NCBI RefSeq assembly: GCF_000150275.1
Contig: NW_002060952.1
Coordinates: 2,227,128-2,291,127, forward strand
DNA: 64,000 nt
Reading direction: 5' to 3'
Origin: Trichoplax adhaerens
Lineage: Eukaryota; Animalia; Placozoa
Part shown: positions 38,114 through 49,290 of the stretch, piece after piece
How positions within the stretch are numbered: position 1 is the stretch's first letter
Layout of the letters: the number at the start of each line of letters is the position of its first letter
Notes under the pieces: model-generated
Databases searched by the model: none
What the model was told of the DNA's origin: nothing
Seen by the model: the letters and a program-made list of their open reading frames with translations, nothing else
Made by a program: the position numbers and the translations under genes

Positions 38114-41100
38114 ATGTCTGCAGGTAAGACAGGATTTCCTTGACTACTATAGTGACTAAAGACCTTTGATATATCGCTTTCATCGACCATCGCATTGAGC
38201 TTGTACTGTTGTAAAAAAATAAAAATTAGACACGATCAACTCGTATACAACAAGGTAACACGACAATCTTCGTCCATGGCCATTGGACACGACTTCAACG
38301 CCATCCACCATGCTAGTGTTTGTGATCGCCTTGCATTGTGGATCATGATTAGAGTAAATCATTTCCAATCGACTACGATATACTTCTTCTACGTCGAATG
38401 GAGTTTCCATCAATACACTTAACTTCAAATAAATTCCTGTAAATTGGCCATGGACCTTGATGGATGGGCCATGTTCTGTACTATTGCTCACATCATCCAT
38501 AGTACTGATATCAGTATTGAGTGATTTCCTTAACGACGGTAACTTATATATATATATTGCTGTACAGTACATCAAATCGAGCAAATTACCATGGATCATC
38601 CTGTACAGGTACTTTCTGTGCTAATTCTACAGAAATAGAAATAGCTGATAAACTAGAGGAAATATTTTGACTATGGTAGAGTGAGTTATTATCATTGGAC
38701 TAGCAATTTCAAATTGGCCCCAATCCAACTCTTCGACGTCGAATGCGACTTTTCGTGAATACGGTTAATATCTAAAAAAGGACTACAAATCCTCCATGGA
38801 CCTAGACTGACATTAGCAACACTATTAATTTCCTTGCATAGTAGATGGTCATCCGATACAGCAGTTTCAAGTTGTCTCCGATGGACTTCTTCCACGTCGA
38901 ATATAGTTTCCATCAATACTGTTAGTTTTTCAAAAATGCGATAAAAACCCTTCATAGGCCCTTCATGAACTTCGCAGTACCGCAAAAGTCTTCAATACTG
39001 ATATTTGCAATAATTAGGATTTCCTCTATACCCAGTAAATGCACATATATGTATATATACAGAATCGAATGTAAATTGAGCAATGTCAAATGGGCTGCAA
39101 TGGGCTTCTCCTATTGTACGTCGGATGTAATTGTCATTGATACTAAAGTCTTTCTTGATACAGATAGAGTAGAAAGTGTTGATAGATACGATATGAACAT
39201 GCAGCAGAGCCATATGCATGATTCTTGCATGACTGAATCAGTGGCTATTTTATTATCAAATATAATCGGGTAGGATAACATTAATTGACTAATTTTTAAC
39301 TGCAATTGATCACAGATATGTATTAAACATAAAGTAGACACGTGTATCTTAGGTACTGCAAACCTAATTCACAGTTCAGTTTTCCAATGCTGACTTTACA
39401 TCATTAGCCTTGAAAACTTTCAAATTTTGTCGGTCAACTATTTCGTCATAGACTCATATCTTGCTTTACTATATTATACAGTACTTGTATAACCATTGAA
39501 TATTGGATTACCGAGTATACACGGTGTATGCTATACAGTAATTACCGATATGCAGAAACACGCGTATAAAATTGCATCTACAAAAGATGATTTATAAATA
39601 ACAATCAACAGCCGCTTTAACTTGGAAATAAACAAACATGACTGCTGTACTTGATCAATTGATTCAATGCGTATAGCATAACGTACATAATTTCCGCTGC
39701 AATAAATATATGCGTACTGTACTCGTTTTTAGATCAAATCAATAATCGAAGAGCATTTCAAAAAGATGGTGCTGCTAAACGACCTAACGTTAGAAGCCAG
39801 GGACCCGCATCTGCGACAGCTCATAGGTAAATCACTTGCGATTCAGCTGGTAACTTGATTTATATTGCAACACCATCTTATACGTATTTTATTAAACGCA
39901 GTCGATGTAGCTGTAATTGCAACTATTGTAAATATTGACAAGGATTTGAAAAATATTGTTCCCTTTTGTGCGTATAATTTTACATTGGAAAATGTAAAAT
40001 CTCATAGGCCCAACTAGCGCAGATGGCTCAAAGGAGCTTTTACAATTGCAAAGTTTCCTTTATCTTAACTTTTTAATTTACAACAATACAGCAACTTATT
40101 TAATATTTACTCCTACTGACAGTCTCCGATAGTACCTATATTAACTGTCCCTCTACCAAGATAAGACAGGCAACACGATGATAGTCATCCGTTGTGTACT
40201 AATTTACGATGAAGTAGAGAAAACTTTGATATCCTCAAATTACCGAACGATTACTACTTATTTCTAAACAATCTACCGTTTTTGACTCGCTTGAATTTTA
40301 CTACTGTTACTGTATTATTTAATAATAACTGATGGATGTATCAGGTGTATTTGTATAATACAGGTGCTGATACATACCATTCATATTCTTAAATTGAATA
40401 ATTAATAAACATAATGATTACATCCGACAGTCTTTAGCGGGTTATCAACCTTCAATTTTATTGATATCTTCTAAGTAGTGATAGTCTACGCCGTGTCATC
40501 GAATCATAATTTTCTACACCTACCTACATACATGTTATTACGGTAGTCAGTAATACGCACCGCACCACGTTTTTAATAATAGTTTAAAAAATGATGTTGA
40601 TATTAGTTACGATCTCTAACATCGTAATTTATGGCTAGGGTCCCTCAACAACAAAGAAGTCTCCGAAATCCTCCAAATGCAGGTCCTCCTCCTTTAATAC
40701 CCGGAAATCAAGTAGAATCATCTGTAAGTAATACAATGGGATATTTCCATTGCAAATAAATCATTCTAATTATTGTATATATACTATACGTTTTATAAGC
40801 CAGTAATATAGTTGCAGTGAAGTTATGAAGTTATGAATTTAATACTAGCAAATAAAAATCCACAATACTATTAATAACATACGCGTATTTGTCATACATT
40901 TTTATCAAAGTATTTACAGTAGTAGACAGTAATTGTAGCCTTACGCCACGTTATTTTAACAAACACATACTTGATATAGATACGTAAAGATGCAAATACT
41001 TCCCACAATCCTCCAGCCCCAGCTAGCTCCAATGATCAAATATCCCTCGCATTGCAGGTAAAGATGAATGTTAGAATGGATTATTTTAGCGATTGGCATG

Positions 41101-41288
41101 ACCTAGTTTTAGAATTTGGTGCGCTCTCATGCCACCAATTTACTTCTATTTTCAATTTTTATCATAACAAATGAATTATTCACTATCAAATACTATAATA
41201 GCACGCTAGAACTACCACACCAGGCTATTACATTGGTCAAGATTCAAAATTTGGCAATTTAATCCTCCCTGTTCTACCGGAATTTTAA
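38114..41288 (+). CDS. INIP: SOSS complex subunit C (INTS3- and NABP-interacting protein)
   Basis: Exons 38114-38123, 39733-39826, 40639-40723, 40980-41057 and 41202-41288 splice in phase to MSADQINNRRAFQKD..ISLALQHARTTTPGYYIGQDSKFGNLILPVLPEF*. The C-terminus matches recalled human INIP AALQHAHAHSSGYFITQDSAFGNLILPVLPRL. Confidence 0.88.
38180..38985 (-). CDS. Two tandem paralogous small ORFs of unknown function (38180-38599 and 38692-38985), antisense within INIP intron 1; may be pseudogenised
   Basis: Shared core KLSVLMETPFDVEEVYRSRLE..CK.I versus KLTVLMETIFDVEEVHRRQLE..CK.I, with many synonymous differences. The second copy lacks a clear early ATG. Confidence 0.5.
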
Positions 41289-42618
41289 TAAATATTGATA
41301 AATCCCACTTAAAATTCCTAATTTTACAAAAATTGTACGAAACTAATGCAGCGGATACTGGTTAAATTTTCTTTCAAGTATAAACTTGCATTTGTGTACA
41401 GCATGTAAATAGACAAACCGTTCATTAACTATAATAAAGTAATAATGTACCATTATTGCATTCGATAACTCTGTATCATGCATTAATCGTCCAATAAAAT
41501 AATTTATTTTACCAGCGTATATCGTACCTATCACTAATACATTTATCAGACAAGATAATAGTGCACAAAAAGCGATGATTTATCCAAAATTTTGACATCC
41601 AATTGAAGATGATTTCAACATAGTAGTTTCTATTTTATTTAAGCATTTCGAAGTTGATAAAATATTGTCTAACAGTATACGAAATTTTAAAGAATACCAT
41701 TATATCGATATGCATAAATTGCCCACCAAGTAGTAGCAGATTTTATTTTAGAACAAATTTCGCAAACGGCGTCATGTAAAATCAAAGTAACTGTTATAAA
41801 TTTGTAACGTTAAAGCGAATTTACGTATCAGGGATTGTATACATTAATTAATTAATTAATTAATTAGATTGGGATCCATTCGCTAATACTCGTATATCGA
41901 AAACAATACAATAATAAGCCTCGGTTACGAATATATTCTTGACACCATAAACGTCTTCATATATATATGACAATAATATATATATACGTAAAAATTCGGT
42001 ATAATACAATAGCGTAATCATGACCGTATTTTTAGTACGGTATATTACAATACTTTAAGGTTAGAATATACAGTAAATAGTTCCATCTCTAAATACCAAA
42101 AGTAACTTAATGCAATACATAACAGCATTTCAAAATTGCTCTAACAACTTACAGTATTTGAACACTTATGCAAATATAATCACGAATTTCGGAAACCGCT
42201 TCAAAATTCTATTACAATTTCATAACTCTCTATATATTTATATTTATATAACCGGCGCCAGTCAAACCAATCTGGTTGAAATACTAAAATAATACACTTT
42301 CCACATATAATGAATACCTTTCGCATTCAAAACAACCAACAGCATGATAATTATGAAGACATATCAATTGAAAGCTCTTAGAACTAGTATTTTAATTACA
42401 GCGATCTGCAACTCTTCCCGCTCCTTCGAGTTGAATCATTAGCTTTAATATATAGAAAATAAATGAAACTAGCTAGTCATCATACTATCAAATATCAACA
42501 GATTTTTAAGCACTATACAAATTTTAAAAATAAATTTCATAAATTGACTACAGGTAATGCATTTGAGAATCATCTTGGCCAAAAAAAAATATAATATTGT
42601 ATTGCGTCTAAACCATTG

Positions 42619-45600
42619 TTATTGCGATTTACAGCCAGATATTTTTCTGGACTTTTTTTCTTGCGGAGCAATTCCTGAAGATTGATTTGCACTACTATTG
42701 CTAACGTTGGCATGATTTCGAAAATGATCTGATGTCCCTGACTCTAAAATTTAACGAAATGACATCTTTAATGACTACATCATTATAGTATAAATTGGCA
42801 TCAAAATTTACTTTAGAATTCGATTTTTCTATTTCACATTCTTCTATACAACTTACGATTTAAAACATTATCGTCTTCCTCATTATCCGGTACTACACTT
42901 TCAGGATGCAAGGCCTCTAAGTACGGAAGGACAGACATATCATCATTATCGTTTGGTTTGATAAATTCAGCAGTCTTAATAAATTTCCTTCTTGTCCATC
43001 TATAAAGCAATCACACCAACTATCAGTAAAGAGGCATGGGAACAGAGCTTGCAAAAAAAAATTACTGTATGATAAAATAGCTTACGAGTGCACTTTTATC
43101 GCCCAAATGTCCATCCTTTCATTTTCATCTAACATTAAGATGCCTAAAATAATATGTACAGTATACGCCATGTCATAATTTAATTTGAATATGTAGAAAA
43201 TAGACCAGATAATTAAAACAGTACATGAGTGCTACTAACCATTAATTAAATCCTTTAATTCACTCTCGTGCTTAAGAACATCAGGAATAGTATACTGCCC
43301 TTTGCCAATATTTTCAAACAATGTAAACACAGTACGACCTTCAAATGGGTACACACCAGATGTCATCTTAAACCTAAATTTATTTCAACATGAATGAGGA
43401 AAGATTACTATCATTATCTCGGAGATATTCCTATTTGACTTGAATCTTACAGTGTTATACCAACAGCCCATGTATCTAACTTAAATCCAGAAAATGTATC
43501 GTGTCCATTGGCAACTTCGGGCGGTTGAAAAGCCGGCGAACCTTGACTTGTAGAAATCTTATCGTCTAAGGCGAATAGATCCAACTCCTAAAAAATGAAT
43601 AACAACACACGTATAAACAATAGGATATAACATACAATACTAACGAAATGAATCAATTTATTACTAGCATTTGGAATAAATACCTCTGCGACACCAAAAT
43701 CAGTGATTTTTAAAATTTGATCATGGGTAATTAACAAATTCCCTGGTTTAACATCTTTATGGATAATTCGTCGACTGTGAAGATAGTCTAAACCATTGAC
43801 CAACTGAGCAAAATACCTAATTCGAAGTATAAGTGGATACTAACATTACTATTTCGAAACAAGTACTTAAGGGAGCTACATTAGAAGCTTCCTAAAAAGT
43901 AAAATTACAGCGACTAGACTAAAGAGTAAAACAAGAGTTATGATAATAAAATTTTGAGAGTAAAATGAGAATAGTAATTTAATTTCATAACAGTACTACT
44001 AACAAATGCGCTTGCCACAACGGAAATTTTCCACTGGGTGTTTTCTCTAACAAGCTTTGCATCACGGTAAAACAATATTCCATTATCATGTATGTTGACA
44101 TTTGTCAAAGAAAATTTTTCAACCCATCCGTAATAAAATTTGGTAATTCTAATTAAAAATTATTGTCAAACAGTGTAAATTTGGACATAGATATAAGCAC
44201 TGCAAGCTGCTTTTATCAACAATTGGCCATAACATGGAACTTCAATTTTCTTGCAATATTTTAATAACAAAAATCATTCATAATATACGAAACCCTTCCT
44301 TACGTAGCACTAGCAAGAATCTCGAGTATAATAATGATGCTAATTATCACAAACCGATAAATTAACTACAGTATGTACTGGTATAAATTACACTAAATGT
44401 ACGAAATCAATGACTTTGCAAAAATTACGAAAATGTAAACGCGAATTTATAAAATCACTGAGTGCTGTTTAAAGCTGTACGATGAATAATCTAATCTTTA
44501 TCGATATTACAACTAAGTTGTGCATACTGTTGAAAATTTAATTATAATAAACAGTCTTTTATGATTGTATATTGTCTACTGTATTTTAATATATTTACTT
44601 TGTAATACCAACTGCTACCTTAATTAAACACTTACTATACAACATTCAAATTGACACAGGTAACTTTATAACAATTTTACCCCTGAAATTAATAGTTTAC
44701 AATATACTTGCACAGATACATATGGATTCTATTAGAATTTGCTAGTGAATAGCAGCATCCTTTACTGAGATATTACGTTAAATCACTAAAATTGATACCT
44801 TCATAAATGACCTTACTGGAAAGTATAATAAAATCTTGTGATCTGTAATATTTAAATTGAACTTTTATTTTACGAGAACTATTCGAAATTTTAAAGTATA
44901 GCCCTTATAACTCAGAGCTAACAAAACATATCAGCAAAATTAGTCTTTCAATAGAAACTTTTCAAAAGGATATCTTTTTTGCTTCTCATCACAGGTAACA
45001 ACTTCACATAACGTGACAATATTTTTATGCGATAAACCTTTGAGTAGTCGTATCTCCCTAGACATGATTGATGTAAATAGTTTTCGGTTAGCATAAGTCC
45101 AATCAATTTCTATTTTATCTATAACGATATAACAACAATTGCAATGAACAGAATAGGCTAATACAGTCTTGAAAATGCATGGATATAGCTATTGACAGAA
45201 ACGCAGCGCTTTATTAACAACGTATACGCGTAAGCAGTAGCAATGATCCATGGTATTATTGTTTCGGGAAAAGTTATACTTGCAACAGATTGTGAGGTGC
45301 TATCGCGGAGATCATACAGTATTGCTACTAGTCGATACTACTGTAGAAAACATTACAGGAGCAACAATTAGATAACTAACAGCAGGTAGAAATGCAGTAA
45401 ACAATCAGCCTACGTGAAAACTTCAAGAATAATAATAAGGATGCTTTACGACGCAGCTATGACACGGTATTTATAAAAACTTTCATCGAATTATGCATGT
45501 AGTACGTATGCTAAAATATCATTATTAAAATATAACGTCACTTTGCCGGGTAAAGGATTGAGCGATAGCAAATAGATCATTTTCCAAGATTGAGTCATGA

Positions 45601-48600
45601 TTACTATATACTCTGGAAAAATATCCACTTAACCTGTAGGTAATCAAGCATCCATCGATGACTTTAAAATAGTATTCCTAATCATGCAGCTTAACTTAAT
45701 ACTGTAGAAGAATCACGTAGGCTAATTATGATAAGGTTCTATGGAAACGTGCAGGGATGCATTCCCAGTTGGTATCGTAATACTCCTAACTGTAAATATT
45801 TACGATCCCATCGCCTGGATTAAGCTCTTCCTTGTAGTAAGCGTATACCACTGCTTAAGCGATCTTTGATCAAAAATTCCTCACGGAAACAGATCGTAAA
45901 ATTCTCACTGTCTATACTGTAGTAATTAGCTAAGCCAACGGTTCATTTTAATCATGAAAGCATTCTTTAACCAATCGCGAAATACGACGTAAAAACAGAA
46001 TAGTACCGACCATATGCAGAGATCAATGTCATGCAGATATTAGAACCATATAGATTTGAAAAATACTATACCGGCAGTTCTAGCTAATCTCTGTTGCTAA
46101 GCTACAAAGTAACTTTTACGATTTATTATAATCGATTTTTGATAGAATCCATCGCCGTCAATCCGATAGAGTAATATTAAAAAATTGATGATTACTATTA
46201 TGTTGATGAAACTGGAAAACTCAACTCCCATTTTTTCCTAACTATCGGCTCTTCTATTTCGCCATTATTATTGATGTCCAACTTTTAGGAAATATCGAAT
46301 CATGTGATGTTCAAATGGAGGTTATTTTCAAAAGTACTTTGAACTGAAATTGTATTGCACAAGGAGAGATACAATTCAAGCTACGTTCTGATTACCGTCA
46401 AGTGATGATGTCAATAATTAATTAATATCCAATTTTTGCCCTAGAATAAGACTTTTACTCTCCACACGAATAAAAGCATCACGCCAACTGCAGCAATGAG
46501 AGGAAAGAAAATAATAGCCTATGTGCAATTGTTTATACAGTTTTCATACAATACTGTATAACAGCAAATAATTGAAGCTACTGTAACATTTCTATTTCAC
46601 AACGAAAACCCTAATGATGTCTATATCAAATATTAATAACTCGGGTAAGTAGCAGTGATAAGGTAGAATGATCAATAGCAATGGATCTATACATGTGTAC
46701 AGTAGAGTTTATGCCAAGGTTCTCTCAGTGTAAGTCAAGAATAAAAATGATCGCTTCTATTACTGAGTTGTTAACAAGATGATCGAAATGGCCATGACAT
46801 CGAATAAAAAAGTTATCATTTGTAGCTGTCGAAAAGAGTGATTGGTGCCTAATATCAACATGATTTGTATCACGTAAACGATATCGCGTTGGCATGACAA
46901 TAGCCAATTTTGGCGTTAATATGCTCAACGATTGAATCTCCATTAGCGATCATCATTAAGCTTAATTGAAAGCGTAGTCCAATCCAATCTTTCCATTTCC
47001 ATAGCTCCATTACTATGGATAGTTGTGCGTGTGAATAGGAATGCACTTTACGTATCTCCAATGCTCTTGTAATGTGTGGTATAATTCAATACTAACACGT
47101 TTAGCGATGATAGAATGGGCTACCGTAAGCATGTCACTAGGTCTCAAAGGGAAGAAGGAACGAGGATAGCATGGATGGAAATAGTGGAATGGCAACATTG
47201 ACGAAAGCAAACATCAGCCGTAGCCGATAGCAATATCGGAAATGTTGTATAAACTACAGTTTAGCGGTCTTGGGTAGAAGAGCACTTTAATATTAGCAAA
47301 ATTCATGTTGTAATTATGATCAACTATAAATTTGACTAAATAAATAAACTTCATTTTTCTAGCTCTATTATGTTGCAATCTATCCATTCTCAATGTAAGA
47401 AGGAATGCAACTCTAGCGAACAAGGTGTCCATCAGGTCACGATATAATTTATCTTTCAAACAGAGGAAAAGATGGTGTTCTCGTGATTGTTTTTAAAGCC
47501 GATCATCTATTTTCTAGCAGCCCAACAACCTACGCAGTGTACCATGACAACAACAAAAAGTGATGAGTATCCATGGACTCAGCACGGCAAGGATAGACAG
47601 CCCATTAGCATAAAATCCATTTTTAGTCATAATCTATACAAACAAGTGAGTGATAGCACTTTTTCACCTTCAAACTTTACAGTGAAAGGAATGGATTAAG
47701 TGAATATTTGGTTATCCCCTATGGCAATGCCTTTAAGTAATACCACTATACGACAAGGCTTTCATGATAGACCTTGTGTAGTTTTATTGGAGTGTAGCGA
47801 TGACTAAGGGGAAAAAAACACTCATGAAAATAATAGCAAGAGTGTATTTGAAAAATATCGACAGAACTTGCTAGCATAGTGCTATATCCTTTTTTGGGAC
47901 TATGGTTGTCATGCAGGATTGCAAGCAAATGGTGTCAAGTTGAAAAAAGATGTTGGATAGATGATAAAAATAACAATCAGCGTCAACAACTCTTGATCCA
48001 TTATCATTCCACCTTTATAGTGTCGGATGATTCTTTGATAGCCAAAGGGAAAATATCTCAAAGTATTAGTGCAGTTTGTGTGAAAATTGTCCTAGGGTAC
48101 GGTTGACTTGAGTCATACTTTAGGTTTGATGGGTGGTTTATTCACCATTGGCAATGATGTTGACAAAGATTGAAGATGGACGCGTTGAGAATAGAAGAGG
48201 GAAATGATGATGGAATACAATCGGATGATGATGATGACGCAGATGGAATCGATGGTGAAATGGTAATGGCAATACAAGGATAAACCTTGTCCTGATGAAT
48301 GTGTCATTGATGGATAAATGGAAGGAAAAAAGGGGATTGAAAGAGAGTAGCTATTGATGAAACGGATTGAGAAGAAATTGGATTTGGACAATCATGATGG
48401 CGAGTGGCCTTTATGGCTGCAATCGAGGATGATGCAAGGAAGGCAAGGTATGTGCAAAATAGTATGTCGTGGTATCGCATGGTAAGAGTATGACGATTGA
48501 GGTCATGTATATTGGGTGAAGAGCACGTCGACTACAAGACTATACCCTAGCATTCAACAACATGGGCAAGGATAGAAATGGGTCCTTACCGTAGGACATT

Positions 48601-48909
48601 TTGCTCGCCATTGGGGATTCGCTTCAATTTTGCATTCTTTAATATTTTAACAGCTAATCGCTTTAGGGTATAAGTATCCAAGACTTCTTTCACTTTGCCG
48701 TAAGCGCCTTCTCCTAACACACCGCCCTTCAAGTAGCGATTACCAATCAATTTGGCATGCTTGATTTTAGGCTGATAAATAATTTCAGGTGATTCATCAT
48801 TTTTCATCAGGTAAGCGATCCACTCATCTTCGTTATCCTGATCACCATCGGAGGTACAACAAGAATCGTCGTCGAGAGTTACATTATTATGATCATCACT
48901 GGACGCCAT
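42619..48909 (-). CDS. STK11: Serine/threonine kinase STK11/LKB1 (9 coding exons)
   Basis: Exons 48590-48909, 44974-45057, 44004-44093, 43684-43816, 43451-43587, 43240-43373, 43086-43143, 42857-42999 and 42619-42743. Motifs are [48 protein letters not shown] and [16 protein letters not shown], and the C-terminus is RKISGCKSQ* (CAAX). Confidence 0.97.
44094..44973 (-). other. U12-type AT-AC intron (STK11 intron 2, 880 nt)
   Basis: Begins ATATCCTTTTG and ends TTCTTTGACAAATGTCAAC (branch-site-like TTCTTTGAC). Removing it restores ..EKQKR-YMIMEYC.. in frame. Confidence 0.95.
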
Positions 48910-49070
48910 TTAGAAAGTGCATTGGAAAGGCGACCAGCGGCTTGCGATGTGCCCCTCCACCTAAGCTTCCACGGTTGAAATGGTCTGCTTGAAGGGGATA
49001 CCGTGGGGCGAGTACTGTACTCTACAGGACTATATACTCTATGTGGTGTACAGAACAGTATAGTATGGCA

Positions 49071-49290
49071 TTTGTCGTGTCGTTACCAGTACCGTACTGG
49101 TGCCGTACTGGTGCCGTACTGGTGCCGTGCTGGTGCCGTACTGGTCCCGTACTAGCACCGTACTGGTACCGTACTAGCACTGGAGTACTCGAGTCACTCG
49201 TCCAAAAATAGCGTTTGTCGCGCTGTTACCAGTACCGTACCGGTACAGTACTAGCACTTCAGTGCGCAAGTCAGTCGTCCAAAAATAGCA
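49071..49290. repeat. 11-bp minisatellite (CCGTACTGGTG)n inside a duplicated unit upstream of STK11
   Basis: About 9 copies at 49092-49190. The flanking TTTGTCG..GTTACCAGTACCGTAC..TAGCACT..TCGTCCAAAAATAGC occurs twice. Confidence 0.9.

Noticed and set aside
46725-48391. ORF cluster in STK11 intron 1 as a nested gene or transposon
   Set aside because: Short, mutually inconsistent frames with no domain motifs or terminal repeats.
1-48909. Functional clustering of nutrient-sensing genes (SLC38A9 and LKB1)
   Set aside because: They are more than 40 kb apart with unrelated genes between; shared ancestral linkage is a sufficient explanation.
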